Origin: Dicyema japonicum | Lineage: Eukaryota; Animalia; Dicyemida | DNA: 64,000 nt | Direction of reading: 5' to 3' | NCBI GenBank assembly: GCA_011109175.1 | Contig: RDEW01000005.1 | Location: 802,335-866,334, forward strand | Shown: in pieces, positions 1 through 12,184 of the stretch | Layout of the letters: each line of letters opens with the position of its first letter | How positions within the stretch are numbered: position 1 is the stretch's first letter | Notes under the pieces: generated by a model | The model's database searches: none | Told to the model about the DNA's origin: nothing | What the model saw: only the letters and a program-made list of their open reading frames with translations | Translations under genes and position numbers: made by a program

Positions 1-1040
1 CGGATTTCTTGATGAATCGAGTCTAAGGATGATCCGAATTCTACTTTCTAACACTGAGCTCCTTGTGAGAGTCGGAAAAACCTATTCAAGAAAATTTGAA
101 ACAAATACGGGCACTCCACAAGGAGACTCTCTTTCTCCTCTACTATTCACAATTTATTTGGAAGCCGCTATGAGGGAACTTAGACCGTCATACCAAGGAA
201 AGACGGAAGAAGTAATCTACGCGGACGATGTAGACCTAATTTCTGAAGACAAAGAGGTCCTGGAAAACCTATTAGAAAAAGCACCAGATGTACTAGGGAA
301 ATGGTTTCTTACTGTGAACAGAGAAAAACAGAACTCACAGAGATAAGAAGGATGAGTAACGTCCTAGAAGAGAAGTGGCGACAAGTAAAGAAACTCGGTT
401 CACTTATGGGAGATAGCGAAGATATTTTACGTAGGAAAACTCTAGCCAATGCTGCGTTATATAAACTGAAGAATTTATGGCTCAATCAAAAAGGCATCGA
501 CACAAAAATGAGAATCCTACTATACGACTCATTCATAAAACCCGTACTTTTATATAACGCTGGAACTTGGGCGACCTCATCAGCGGATATGAAAAAAACT
601 AGACTCGTTCCACAGAGGTCAGCTGAGAAAAATAACAGGAACTACTTGGCCTACGAGAATATCTAGGAATGCTTTATATAAGAGATGCAGCACTAGACCT
701 ATCAGCTTAGAAGTACTGGAATCCCGATGGAGGCTCTTCGGACACGTGCTTGAGGATGGAATTAACTTCCCCACCGAACATATCTATGGAAACATACTAT
801 GTTAGTGAAGAAGGCCGCTATCGGGAAGACCAAGAACAACACTGCCAATAGTCTTAAAAAGACCTGGTCAGTATAAAAAAAACCTAACAAATGCCGACGA
901 CCTGGACAGCATGAGAGCCTTGGCTAGGAACAGGGAGCATGGAAAAGGATGACATCTAACCTTGTTTCTTTTGCTGCACATGCGGGGCTATAATTAGTAT
1001 GGCTCTTGTGAAGTGCTTAAATAATAATAATAATAAATAA
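1..1040 (+). mobile_element. 3' part of an APE-type non-LTR retrotransposon (RTE/L2-like RT, frameshifted) with 3' UTR and (AAT)n tail
   Basis: RT motifs GTPQGDSLSPLLF and YADD, then LLYNAGTW, RWRLFGHVL and GRPRTTLP across frameshifts; ends in a stem-loop (985-1005) and AATAATAAT repeats. Confidence 0.9.
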
Positions 1041-1371
1041 ATTTTTTTAAATTATCACGATAGTGGCCGTTTCATCCAAACAGAAGTAGGCCGGAACAAA
1101 ACAATGGCCTGAGATCTTTGAATGGGTGAGTACAACAACCATTTCGTTCTCTCCACATAACTTCTATTACTTTTATATACTTATCCCAGCACAATGCGAG
1201 CCCATATATTGTCTAGTGGTTCCACATTGGGATAGTCTATTCATACTTGCGTAGGAACATCTTTCAATCAACAGCAGTATTACTATAGCTCAGATCTCCA
1301 CGACAACATTTCGCTGTCAAAACTCCAAAAGGAATGTGCGTATCTTCAATCCATTTCGCTATACAATAAAG

Positions 1372-2345
1372 CAGTGGTTCCCAACTTTGTGCTCGCGGAA
1401 CCCTTTTGGGTTAATTTATTTTTTGCGGAACCCTTACAATTCAAATTTTACGATTTACTTAAAACATAATCGAAATAACCAAAAACAATTTTAATATGAA
1501 CACTGAGGCAAAGTTTTATCATAGCATACATGTGTAGCGTTAGGAGTTATTGTTGACAACTGTATCCTCATATCAGGGAAGTTTTGGCATATATATTGAA
1601 AACCCGACTCACATAAATAAGTCGCTGGAAAAAATCGCAATGTTATCATCCAAAATTACTAGATGTCCTGAAGTACTGCATCGCATCCCAATGCGTATTT
1701 TGATTCATCAAAAATAATTTTTAATAGTGTTGAAAATATTTTCCCCAGTACAACTACTTCCCAACGATTCGCACATTAGCATGTCTTCTTCAATAATATC
1801 GTCAAATGGGTTTCGAATAAAAACCAATAAACTGCCAATCCATCAGCATCAGTAGACTCATCAATTTGAATGGAAAATCATTAGAATTATTCAAACGAAT
1901 TAGCAACTGTGTCAATATTTTCCAAAGTTCCTGAATTCGCCTTGAAGTAGTGTTATTTGACAAAGAAACAAGATTAGTTTCTTAGACATTTTTATAAATA
2001 CACTCAATGATCTTTTTTGAACATGGTTTTATAAGATTTTCTTGTATGTGCCTCTCCAAACGTGCTACAAGACAACTCACCTGTTCAATTAAAAATATGA
2101 ATTACTTCAAGATGGTCGATTTAAGTTGTCGTCTTTGGCAAAATTAGACAGTTCAAACTTGCACCTTGTAGATGCATTTAATTTGTTTTGAAAAAAGGAA
2201 ATATCTTTATCCTTTAAATGAGGATGCTTCATCAATAAATGTCTTGATAGTCTGGCAGGAGAAGAAATGTGTTAGGCATTATATGATGCTTCTACTCTAA
2301 TTGGGAGTTCTCATTATTTTATTCCAGCCGTTCACAGTGAATGTA
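1372..2345 (-). mobile_element. hAT (Buster/Charlie-like) DNA transposon remnant
   Basis: TIR-like CAGTGGTTCCCAAC at 1372; minus-strand peptides PARLSRHLLMKHPHLKDK, FSIQIDESTD and YLCESGF. Confidence 0.8.
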
Positions 2346-2370
2346 TTAGCCATGTTTTAAAGGTATTTTC

Positions 2371-2690
2371 AAAAATAATAATAGCCTTTTCACGAGAGCC
2401 ATAATAACTATAGCTCCGCATAGGCAGGACACACACTTTATTTAAGTAAAGAACAGTTAATTTTTAACTAATCGTAGAACCAAGGAATTATCTTCACTTC
2501 TTTTTTTCTTATGTGTGGGTCCTCTCTAGACAATCCAGTTCCGCAGTGAGTATCCGCTGATGACGGCGTCACTCGCCAAACCCTTTTAGCATCGTAGATG
2601 CGTGGAACTTTCCACCAGGTGAACAGCAGCGAGAATCGAACCCGTAACCTAAGCCACTTTAGCCCGACACCTAACCACTATGCCACCCGG
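2371..2690 (-). mobile_element. tRNA-derived SINE, family A, near full-length copy
   Basis: Minus-strand A box TGGCATAGTGG (2675-2685) and B box GGGTTCGATTC (2633-2643); body recurs at about 11.8, 12.2, 18.3, 20.2 and 57.3 kb; 3' tail matches the LINE at 974-1020. Confidence 0.85.
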
Positions 2691-3193
2691 TATTTTTCAA
2701 AAAATTTAAATTATAATAAATTGAATTTCAAAATAGTGATATAAAAAATTAATTTAAATATTATCTTTTCCACTAAGGAAGGTCATGATGATAGATTGTT
2801 ATTAGACCTATGATAATTCAAATATTTATTCAATAAACATTCCAAATTTAAATATTATCAAAAAAATAATAATAATATTTATTTAAATTTTTATTTCTGG
2901 TTTTATACTGCGGTTATACTAAAGCCAAATACCATACGATAATGCATGAGTAATCAATTATCAAATGAGATTAAATTCCAACTATACTTAAATCTATTTT
3001 GCCAAAACAGAGACTATCCCTTCTGCAATTTAAAAAGAACACCACTATGCGTCGGCTAAATCGGTAGTGAATGATATAAACCCCTTAGCAGGAGCTACCA
3101 GACTGAGAGTGAAGCCAACCACTACGCTGCTAGTTAGCTATAAATACCTGATTATCGCAATTCAACTTAAATACAATTATCATATTTTCCTTA

Positions 3194-4802
3194 ATGAATG
3201 AATCTGATTACGTCAAAATAATCAATGATAATCTGAAGATTCTGAATGAGTCAAGTTCTTCGAGAATTCACAATCTCATCAAACGGGCGTACTACTATTC
3301 AATAAGTAAAGGTACCAATCATTCCCATTTCCAGGAATCCTCTTCCTTTCCTCAAAACAGGCTAATACGTTAGAACCGATCTCAACAGCTCTGTTTCCGG
3401 TCCCAATTTCAGCTGCACGTTACAATCATGGTAAAGAACTGGCACATCATTATAACCTGCTCTACGAGAAAGTCGCAAACGATTATGATTTTCTTAAAGA
3501 GTCCCTTAAAAAGTGACCTCGGGGTAATTTCAGTGTGGTCAGCCACGATCCATTCATTGGGAGACTCTGGAAGATCTACGAGGAATCCCAAACTAAGGGT
3601 TTCAAGCAAGACATAGTACTCTCAATAAACAGGAACGACTTTATGGAGATCAAATCGGACTAAAACAGGTCGAACTGAACACAATTGCCGCTGGAATGGC
3701 TGCTCTGAGTCAATCCGCAGCTGACGTACATAAACACGTGGCTAAACAACTAGGACTTTCGCCCGAAGCTGTAAGCTTATATTGTTACAGGAAGATCCCC
3801 AAGGAGATGATCTCTTCCAGATTGGCGGATTCCATTATATTGGCTTTTGATCTTTACTGTCGTCGAAAGTACATGAATCGGTTATTTCAGTGTGATGACT
3901 CTGAAAGCGGTAATTTGCTCGTCGTGGACGACTTTGAGAGTAATATTTGCGACCAGGCACTCACCGAAGTGGAGATTTCATCGAAACTCACCCAAGAATG
4001 TGAAGTTAGGCGGCTAACGATGGCTAATATTGGAAGGAACTCTAAAATTGACGAAGATGGGCGTCTCATACTGTAAGTCACGGCTTTATTCCCAAGAAAT
4101 GATCAATTCGAAGTTGTCCTCGTTTACTACAGGACAGGCTACTCTCCTCAATTGATGTCCTCAGAATCGGTACTCTGCATATTTTAGTTTCCAGCACTGG
4201 GAAGGACGTCGTCTTGTAGAATTGTCCCGTTGTATAAAATGTCCCTCAATCGGATACCACTTGGCAGGATCCAAGAAGGTCCAACAGGCCTTGGCGTCGG
4301 TGGAGAATCTGAAAAAATTCATAGAGTCGGATTCTGAATTGGAACTCCTGTTATCCTCCATGGCTGGCCTTTATTCACTAGACTGTAACTCCCTCGGGGA
4401 TCAAATGGCTGCCAAAGCCTCTCTGAGTCCTCAAGACTTTGTGATGAAACCTCAGCGGGAAGGAGGGGGCAACAATATATTTGGAGAGGCTCTAGTTTCC
4501 CTGTAAGGGATCTTGAAAATAACGCTGAACGTGCTCAGTATATTCTGATGGACAGAATCAAACCTGTTCCCTCCAAAAATGTTGTTTTATCGTGCGAAGA
4601 TAACCCACGTGTTATCGATGTGGTCTCTGAAATCAGTTTTTATGGTTTTGTTGTGAGGTAGTTCTGAGGTTAACGTAGTGATGAGAATGGAATCGTCAGT
4701 AATGACGTTTGTGGGTCCTTTGTTCGATTGAAGTACTCTGATTCCGATGAGGGGGGAATTGTAATCAGAAGATCCTTCTTCTCCTCCCTGTATTTAGTAT
4801 AA
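3194..4802 (+). CDS. GSS: Glutathione synthetase (eukaryotic), multi-exon
   Basis: Motifs RNDFM, KQVELNTIA, KCPSIGYHLAGSKKVQQAL, FVMKPQREGGGNN, YILMDRIKP, DEGG; micro-introns such as 3312-3334 (23 nt); 1-nt frameshifts near 3645 and 4503. Confidence 0.95.
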
Positions 4803-4869
4803 GTTACTTTGATTTTATTTCACCACTTTAATATGACTTTTTTGTATTTATCAGTATTTTTGGTTTTCT

Positions 4870-5520
4870 TGTCTTCGGATTTTGTGCCCTCTGCTATGTA
4901 ACGTTCTGATGGCCAGTTACCGTCTCCGAGGTCTCAAAGTACGAGATTTATGAGTTACGCTGACGACGTACTGATGTGCCGGGATCGAGTATGACCTCGG
5001 AGAGGAGACTCAATGTGTATATGGAAGAGATAAAGACTGTATGGTCTCCAAGGATTAAAATTGTCAGAAGAAAAATCTAAGTTTATCGATCAAAATGGAA
5101 AAGGAAATCAGCAAGGTTCCCTATGTGGAATCAGTACTGTGAAATCCCTGAAGTATCTCAGAACAGCTTTTAAAAAACTGGGAGTACATTATACGATTTT
5201 AAACTCCGGAAAAACGCACGCCATGCGATCTTCTTATGAGGAAACTGAGACTCGAATCGGATATTTATTTTTCACGTACGATCATTCCATCACTCCTCTG
5301 TGGACTGGAAGGATAGTAGTACACTGCACACAAAGACCGTTTTATCTTGCTTCTTAAAAATCGAGGAGAGCAGGGATCAAATTTCCCTGAGAAAAAGGCT
5401 CGACGAGAAGCTAGATGTAGATAAAATTTGCTAGTAATGTCGATAAGAGATGCAAGAGAAAAAGACGGTAAACTTCCTAGAAAGAGATGACATCATTGGC
5501 TCTTATGTAGCAGCACAGAA
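4870..5520 (+). mobile_element. Degraded non-LTR RT fragment
   Basis: ILCPLLCNVLM, MSYADDVLM and SLKYL motifs with stops. Confidence 0.65.
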
Positions 5521-5676
5521 TGAACGATAAGAGTTGTCTGAGATTTTCTTTAATTTCCTTTTTAATAAAAGCTGTTAAAATTAAATATTATTTCTAATTG
5601 TTAGTATAATTTTTTGGGTATTTTTTTACTTAAAATGTATTAGCATTTTTCTCTGACGATATTTGTGTTTTACATT

Positions 5677-5775
5677 AAAGGGATCAACGAGAAGGGTTAT
5701 GGCTAAGACAAAATATTGGAATGGCCATACTCCGAGGGAACTCGTTCGCAATCCACGCAACAGGCTTCCTCAACT
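5677..5775 (+). mobile_element. 3' tip of a CRE-like RLE retrotransposon
   Basis: RDQREGLWLRQNIGMAILRGNSFAI; starts with the same AAAGGGATCAACGAGAAGGGTT as 52210. Confidence 0.75.
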
Positions 5776-6089
5776 TACATTTGTTTAATTGTTAAAAAAT
5801 CTATATAATAAAAGAAAAAAAAATTAACACATAAATCGAGAAAATTGTGTTAACATCGGTTGTGGATTTTTACCTTAGAGAGTTTGGCTGGACTTGATAG
5901 CACGGCCGGACACGATGGCATGCGACAATTATTAATAAGAATTTGTCAGTTATTTTAAAAAAATAAATAAGAACTTTAAAAATTATCCCATTGTTGTGAT
6001 TTATATTTTTCAGTATAAGGCCGATCTTAAATAAGAACGAAAAGTTAACATTTAGTAAAAAACTTGTATAATTTTTAAAACACAAAAAA

Positions 6090-6160
6090 TGCGCCAGCCG
6101 GGAATCGAACCCGGGTCGCTAACATGGCAAGCTAACATCATACCATTAGACCACTGGCGC
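6090..6160 (-). tRNA. tRNA-Gly(GCC)
   Basis: GCGCCAG acceptor stem, D-arm TGGTCTAATGG, anticodon loop TTGCCAT, T-arm GGTTCGATTCC, discriminator A, followed by a T6 Pol III terminator. Confidence 0.95.
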
Positions 6161-6759
6161 ATGATTATTTAATAACATAGTATCACAGCCTTATTTTACC
6201 AAATATATTAATATTTAAATTCAATGGTTAAGATAATCTCAAAGTTTTCATTTATTTTCGCATTTATAACTTAAGTGGAATATAAACTATTTTACAAAAT
6301 TACTATCGATTCAGACTTGATTAATTGTCCCATTACCTACTGTTCATATTGAATAATTGATGTAATTGGTCAAGGGAGTTTGCAAACGCTAACCATGTTA
6401 AGCGTGTCTTCTCAAATTCTGTGACCTTCAATGATAATTTCCAAAACTTTCAATTTTAATCATTTCTAGACATTAATAGAGATTGGGAAAATAGGGTACA
6501 GTCCACGTGGGTAAAAATTAAAATTTAATTTTTTTAAACTAACAATTTAATCACTCTTAAAAATGCAATGTTAAATTACTTATTTCAATCCTCCTAACAC
6601 TAAATCGAAATGAAAGTGTCCCACATACAACAAAAAAGCAAGTGATCAAAAAACCTTTTCAAAAGTAAAAAATAATATAACTGAAATTCATTATAATTGT
6701 AAGTAATACCTAAGACATAGTCTTGTTACAACCTGTTTTTCTAGATGAAGTTTGATCGA

Positions 6760-6980
6760 ACGTGTGTACCATCTATGGAGGGAACTGTCAACTCCTTGAT
6801 CCTGACTCGTTCCAGTGTTCCAGAACTTGTCTCCAGGTGACGACATTGTCCCCGGGGAAAAAAATAGTAAATCCTCTTAATGCCTGCCAGGCATTTGGCC
6901 TTTCCTCAGTAAAGTGGATCCAATGAGGCCAACAAAGTGAGGGAAAATAATTTTTGACATACTAACCACATAGCATTACA
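6760..6980 (-). repeat. Short interspersed repeat family B, subtype Y
   Basis: Reverse complement aligns with 10371-10620 (cattggatc...tgcctggc.ggca...gaggat...cgtc.ctgg.gac...tcaggatca). Confidence 0.7.
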
Positions 6981-7654
6981 TAAATATTGTTTAAATAATG
7001 TAAAAAACTTAATTACTTTACAAAAATTTTAATTAATCTCTAGTCAGTCCCTGACACTCAAAATCTTGAGTAATTTGCTTAGAATAGTTAATGATCCATA
7101 TCAAATAATCGAAATTATTTTGAGGGTTACTTGGATCTCCCAATCTACTAGACAGATCAAGCTATTTTTCGGAGGTAGTAAATACTTAAAACAGAATTTT
7201 TTTTATTATTTTGGGAGATCGAACTCGGCTAGAGAAAGATACAGTGGCTTTTACGACGTTTTCATAAATTCACCTCCATATTAAAGATATTAATCTAATA
7301 TGTGGAATTTATTCAATTTTTTAATGTATAACACATTTAATAAATTTTGGGGGATCAATTGCTTTATTGGTGAGATCCGTCATATATAGGGATAATTTGA
7401 CCACCTCATATCTCGACAATAGCGAGACAGATTAGGTAGAAAATGTCTAAGGCTCAGTACGAGTAATTGAGGGGCGAAAATGTATTAAAAGTTTATCGGT
7501 AGAGGAACACTAGCAGAAATTAATTTTTGAGAAACAAGAAATCGATCCGACGAGAAGAATAAGCACAGCTGGGCCTATTTAAAACGTAGATTTTACCGCG
7601 AAATTAAAAATAGAAATTTTCTTAGACTCAAATAGAAAAGTGATGTTATTTATA

Positions 7655-7745
7655 CCTGATTCGAAGAAGGGAAACCTTTGGTTTGGGAAGCTACTTGTGT
7701 CGACTCACTTTGCCCGTCCAACATTGTCGGAAGCGCGGTAGACAC
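7655..7745 (+). mobile_element. CRE-like RLE fragment
   Basis: [14 protein letters not shown] motif. Confidence 0.7.
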
Positions 7746-8629
7746 ACTGTATTATCATACCTGGTACACAATTAATTATTAATTATTTATACCTGAGATT
7801 AACTACTATAGTTTTGTAGGGGATCGGTTGCAAAAAGGTCCTCGAAATAAATTCACTCAAATATTTTTCTAAGTGTGAATATAACTTTGAATATTTTTTT
7901 TCTAAAAGTGTGTAGTTGAAAATTTAACTTTTGTAATAGTAATTATTAGCTTTTAATCTGAGTTTATAAATTTTTAATATTTATTTTTTGGCGATTATTT
8001 GATAAAATATGAATAATCTCAGGGGTTATTCATAAGGCATCTCAAAGTGGTTATCTTAAAGACGGGTTCCATAATCCTTTACCATGCGAATCAAAAAAAT
8101 AATTATAAAAATACTTTATCTCCTACTTTCAAGTCATGTTTTATGATGAACATCATTTTTTATTTATCCTTTTGAAATAGGGTGAATTAAACTTTGGTGG
8201 GCAGAAAGTTATGTCAAAATTATTTGTTATTTCTATCATAGTTTAAAGAAGAGGTACCATGCTATTTAATTATCTTCCACGTGTATTTCTGCGACTGATT
8301 AAAAAGAATGATCGTTCAGACTCTCACTATATTTTAATTAAAATAACAACTTTGTATTTGAGGAATTAATCTATTTATTTTTGAAACGGCTCGCAATTTT
8401 GAATGGCGTTTCATTGGTTGAAGCATGCGCTTCTGTGTTGTGATCCCAGCCCGACAAGGTGAGGACGAGTCCGGCGGGGTCGAGAATCCTGAACAGCTCT
8501 TCTCATAGGACATGGCATCGGCTCACAATTTCTGTATGATTGTAGATAATTCGATAGTATTTGGAATAGAGGGCAGCTCGTAGAACAGCCTCCTTTAATA
8601 GTTTCGTTGTATTTCAATTAAAAAATTTT

Positions 8630-9620
8630 CAATAGGTTGGATGTTGTGATCTGGTCCAATTAACCTTATTGCAGTCTCCTCGATTGCAGATAACTTCAAT
8701 GTGGAAGATCGTGACATTTGCATTGCCCATGAAGGACTTGCATACGTCATCGTTGGTCGGATGAATTGTTTGTAAATCGTGGCAAGATCCCAGTTTGATC
8801 TCTAATATTTTTGAGAGCACTTTTAAAATTCTTATTTTTTCAGAGCAGAAGTTACTCTGTTTTCAACATGCCGGATAAAGGTGAGTCCCTGATCAAAGGT
8901 TACTCCCAGAATCTTCGGTGTTTTGTTAATAGAGATAGCTTCGTTCTTCATAAAGACTTTTGGTTCGATACAGAGCTGTCTCTTGTAGTGGTAAACAGTG
9001 TGACAAAGGACTTTGCTGCTGATGTGTCAAGTCTCCGCTTCGAGAGCCATAGTTCCAAGTTATCGAGCATTTGTTGAGCCAACTGAGTCGCTGATTGAAT
9101 GTTTCTGTCCTTGGAGGCAAGAATGATATCGTCGGCATAGAGAGGATTAGACAGTTTTCATTACAGGTTTGTGGCATGTCGTTTATGTAGAGATTGAAGA
9201 GTAGGGGTGATAGTGGAGAGCCTTGAGGACTCCATTTGGGAAATAGCGAGATCTTGATTTGATGTTGTTGCAGAGCACTTGTGCTCGTCTTCCATTTAGG
9301 AAGTTTCCAAGCCAAAGTTTCAGGTTCGGATGGATGTTGGTTTCATATATTTTCTTTGTTAGAAGTTTCCTAGGGACTGAGTCGAACGCTTTTGTGATGT
9401 CCACGGATATAAGTACTGTCCTCTGATGGGGTTTGGGGGAGTTAAATCCTTCCGCAATGAATTATGTGAGGGTTGTAAGGTGTGTTGTCGTCGAATGGTT
9501 GTCCCGGAATCCGTGCTGGGTCGGAGGTATTGAGATTGAGTCTTGTATTTTTTCCAAAACAAGCCTTTCAAGGATCCTTGAGACCGGACTTAGAATAGAT
9601 ATTGGCGATAGGAAGATGGT
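8630..9620 (-). mobile_element. Non-LTR retrotransposon RT region, frameshifted
   Basis: PISILSPVSRILER, DITKAFDSV, PQGSPLSPLLFNLYIND, YADDI. Confidence 0.9.
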
Positions 9621-9639
9621 TAATCTATTGGTTTGTTGG

Positions 9640-10360
9640 GTTGTACGTAATTGTTATTTTATTCATTGTTTCCGGTTTTTATTACCATTTTGTGTCATTA
9701 ACTTAGATTTCTCGTCAAAATTTGATTAAATCTTTCTATAATTCCCCAAGCAAGAACAATATATAATACTTATGATTTGGCATCCCTAAAAATGTGTGTA
9801 ATTTTAATCTCTAAACAAAAATTCCAATTTTTTTAATTTTGTTCCATTTCCGTGTAAAAAAATCGACTTGATAGCAGATTTCGGAAAAATGTATTATTAA
9901 CCTTGTAAATTTTTATAACTAACAATTTACCGCAGATTTATTAGTCATTTCTTTACAATGGCATATTTACTGTAAATCTCAATTAGAGTTAAAACCCATT
10001 TGTTGTCCCATTTGAGTACCCAAATTTTTTGAAATCGATCAAGTCCTCTTGGAATCGTTCATTTGGAATAGAAGTAATCACTATTAATTTAATCCTTTAA
10101 GAGGAATAGCATAAAGCACTCTTTTACAGCGGCTTCAATAACAATTCTTTTGATTACAAAATATGAGTGTAATACCCTATGATTGCCTTGTATTACGGAA
10201 TTACTATTTTTATGCAGAGCATGTGCATTTAGGTTTCATTGAACAATCATTAGTGTCTCGTATTCAAAATTACTCAAAACGGATATTTATTTGTTTTTCA
10301 CGGATACTTTCCTTTATGAGTCGAAGGATGGTATTACAGTGCATACAAGGAGCGTTTAAA
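9640..10360 (-). mobile_element. rve integrase remnant (Ginger/Gypsy-like)
   Basis: PNERFQEDLIDF, KWVLTLIEIYSKYA, MTNKSA and GIIERFNQIL on the minus strand, with stops and frameshifts. Confidence 0.7.
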
Positions 10361-10370
10361 TCAACAAAAG

Positions 10371-10620
10371 CCGGTGGCGCCTTGTGGTGCTGTGGCTAAT
10401 TAGTTAAAATTTATCTTCCTTTCCCTTTGATGTAGTCATTGGATCAACCTTTCTAAGGAGACGCCTGATGCCTGGCCGGCATAAAAGAGGATCCATATTT
10501 TTATTCCATAGGAGACTATTTCGTCTCTGGCGACGACTTCTGGATTGACCTGCATAGATGAGGCTCTTTTGGGACGCTTCAGGATCAGGGGATTGTTAGT
10601 TTGATTCACCTTGGGATCAA
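10371..10620 (+). repeat. Short interspersed repeat family B, subtype Y
   Basis: Head GTGGCGCCTTGTGGTGCTGTGGCTAATT shared with 11432 and 56900; body shared with 6760-6980. Confidence 0.7.
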
Positions 10621-11014
10621 GATTGCCCTAAGCAAACGGTTCGACAGAAGGTTAGGTGAGGACGAACATTTGTTATTAGTGTCGATCAGAGATTTAACTG
10701 AGAAAAACACGGAAAACTTCCTGAAAAGAAATGCCATTCTTGACTCGCATGTCGCGGTACAAAATGAACCATAAGAGGGGTCTGAGGTTTCAGAGGAGAC
10801 TCCGAACTGTGGCAGGACTTGTAGTAAGAAGCCTCAAATTGATACCCTCTTTACTTTCCTTTGTTAATAAAGTTTGTTTGAATCGACAAGGTCCTGGTAG
10901 TAGTTAAGATTGGAGATCCCATAAATATCCACAAGACTCGCTGTGCAGGTTATTGGGAGATCGCAGAAAATCTAAAAATCAAATTAAGTATGTTTAATGG
11001 TAGTTAACATGTCA

Positions 11015-11310
11015 GAACCTGATTTGGGAAGCTATGCGTATTGATACGTAGTCTCCAAAAAATTTGGCCGATTCAGCCTCGGACCCAGGTCATGCTTCTA
11101 ACTAAGGAAAGAATCATAGAGAAGGAAGTACCGAAGTATTTCGGAAGATAATTTTCTTTGCCACATTTGATATTAAGACGTTTATGAAATCTTTGGCACA
11201 CAACGATCTACTCTGTCGAATAGGTTAAAATAATCGTAAAGGTCACCAAGAATCTATGTAAGACTGTATGGTTTTGAACGCGAATAGCTATTGTCAGAAA
11301 AAACTACCTG
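11015..11310 (+). mobile_element. Degraded CRE-like RLE 3' fragment
   Basis: LIWEA..IDT and RIAIVR.N-like remnants, followed by an (ATT)n tail. Confidence 0.55.
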
Positions 11311-11431
11311 GTCATTTATTATTATTATTTTATTTAAATATATATATTAAATTTAAAATTAATTTTGTTGATAAAATTAATAATACATTAAATTGTTGTT
11401 GTTGTGTTTTAATCCAATGAGGTTTGTATTC

Positions 11432-11722
11432 CGCGTGGCGCCATGTGGTGCTACGTGGCTAATTGTTGAAGTTTTCTGTTTTTTCGACTGTTCCTCCTCT
11501 TACCTTCCTACTAGATTGGCGTTATATGATCCACCTGTCTCAGGTTCCAGGCTGGCACGAAAAAAGATCATTTGCTCTCTTCGCCACTCCACTGGAGGGG
11601 TTTCCAACAACTGCAAGCTGGTTCCTGATCGACTCTGTTTCTGTAGCAGTGCAAACTGGATACACTTTACTAGGTTACTTAAACTTCTTTCTTGGACTAT
11701 CCGGGGTTAATAAATTAAATAG
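11432..11722 (+). repeat. Short interspersed repeat family B, subtype X
   Basis: Collinear with 56900-57225 over about 290 bp. Confidence 0.85.
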
Positions 11723-11761
11723 GTATTTCTTCATTAAAGTAAAGAAAAATGTTGCACACAA

Positions 11762-12000
11762 CTTTCCGCGAGAGCCATAATACTTATGCTCCACACAAGC
11801 AGAACGTACACTTCACTAGAGCAAGAACACTTATCCTAACTAATCGTAGAAAGTACCCATGAATGTTCTTTTTTTGCATGATCCTTGTAGACAATTCTGT
11901 TCTGCAGTGAAATATTCACTTATGACAGTGTCACTCGTTAAACTCAAAGCATCGTAGATGCGCAGAACTCTCAGTCTAAGTGTACAGCAGCGATATTCTG
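11762..12000 (-). mobile_element. SINE family A copy (5' truncated)
   Basis: gagccataa...gctc tail hairpin, gcatcgtagatgc core and cagcagcga, as in 2371-2690. Confidence 0.8.
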
Positions 12001-12184
12001 AGTGTACAGCTTGGTTTGTCCTGAGTTTTATTAAATTTTTCCAGATCGCAGAGAATAGAAAGTCTAATATCCCACTTTGATTAATTTGTGTTGTTAAAAT
12101 TTACATTTTGCAGGGAGACACAATTTATTTAAGAAGAAAGGACAGCTAGGAAAGATGTTGAGCATTAAGAATAGTCTTAAATTA

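Noticed and set aside
2545-2610. Hammerhead ribozyme in SINE A (CTGATGA)
   Set aside because: No correctly placed GAAA after a stem II in most copies, and CTGATGA is not conserved across all copies.
7040-7620. R4-like RT remnant; similar faint TE-like stretches at 12.4-13.4, 16.0-16.4, 17.2-17.5, 21.9-22.4, 30.4-31.0, 44.0-46.2, 54.2-54.8 and 55.5-56.0 kb
   Set aside because: Motifs are too eroded to classify by eye; probably TE debris.
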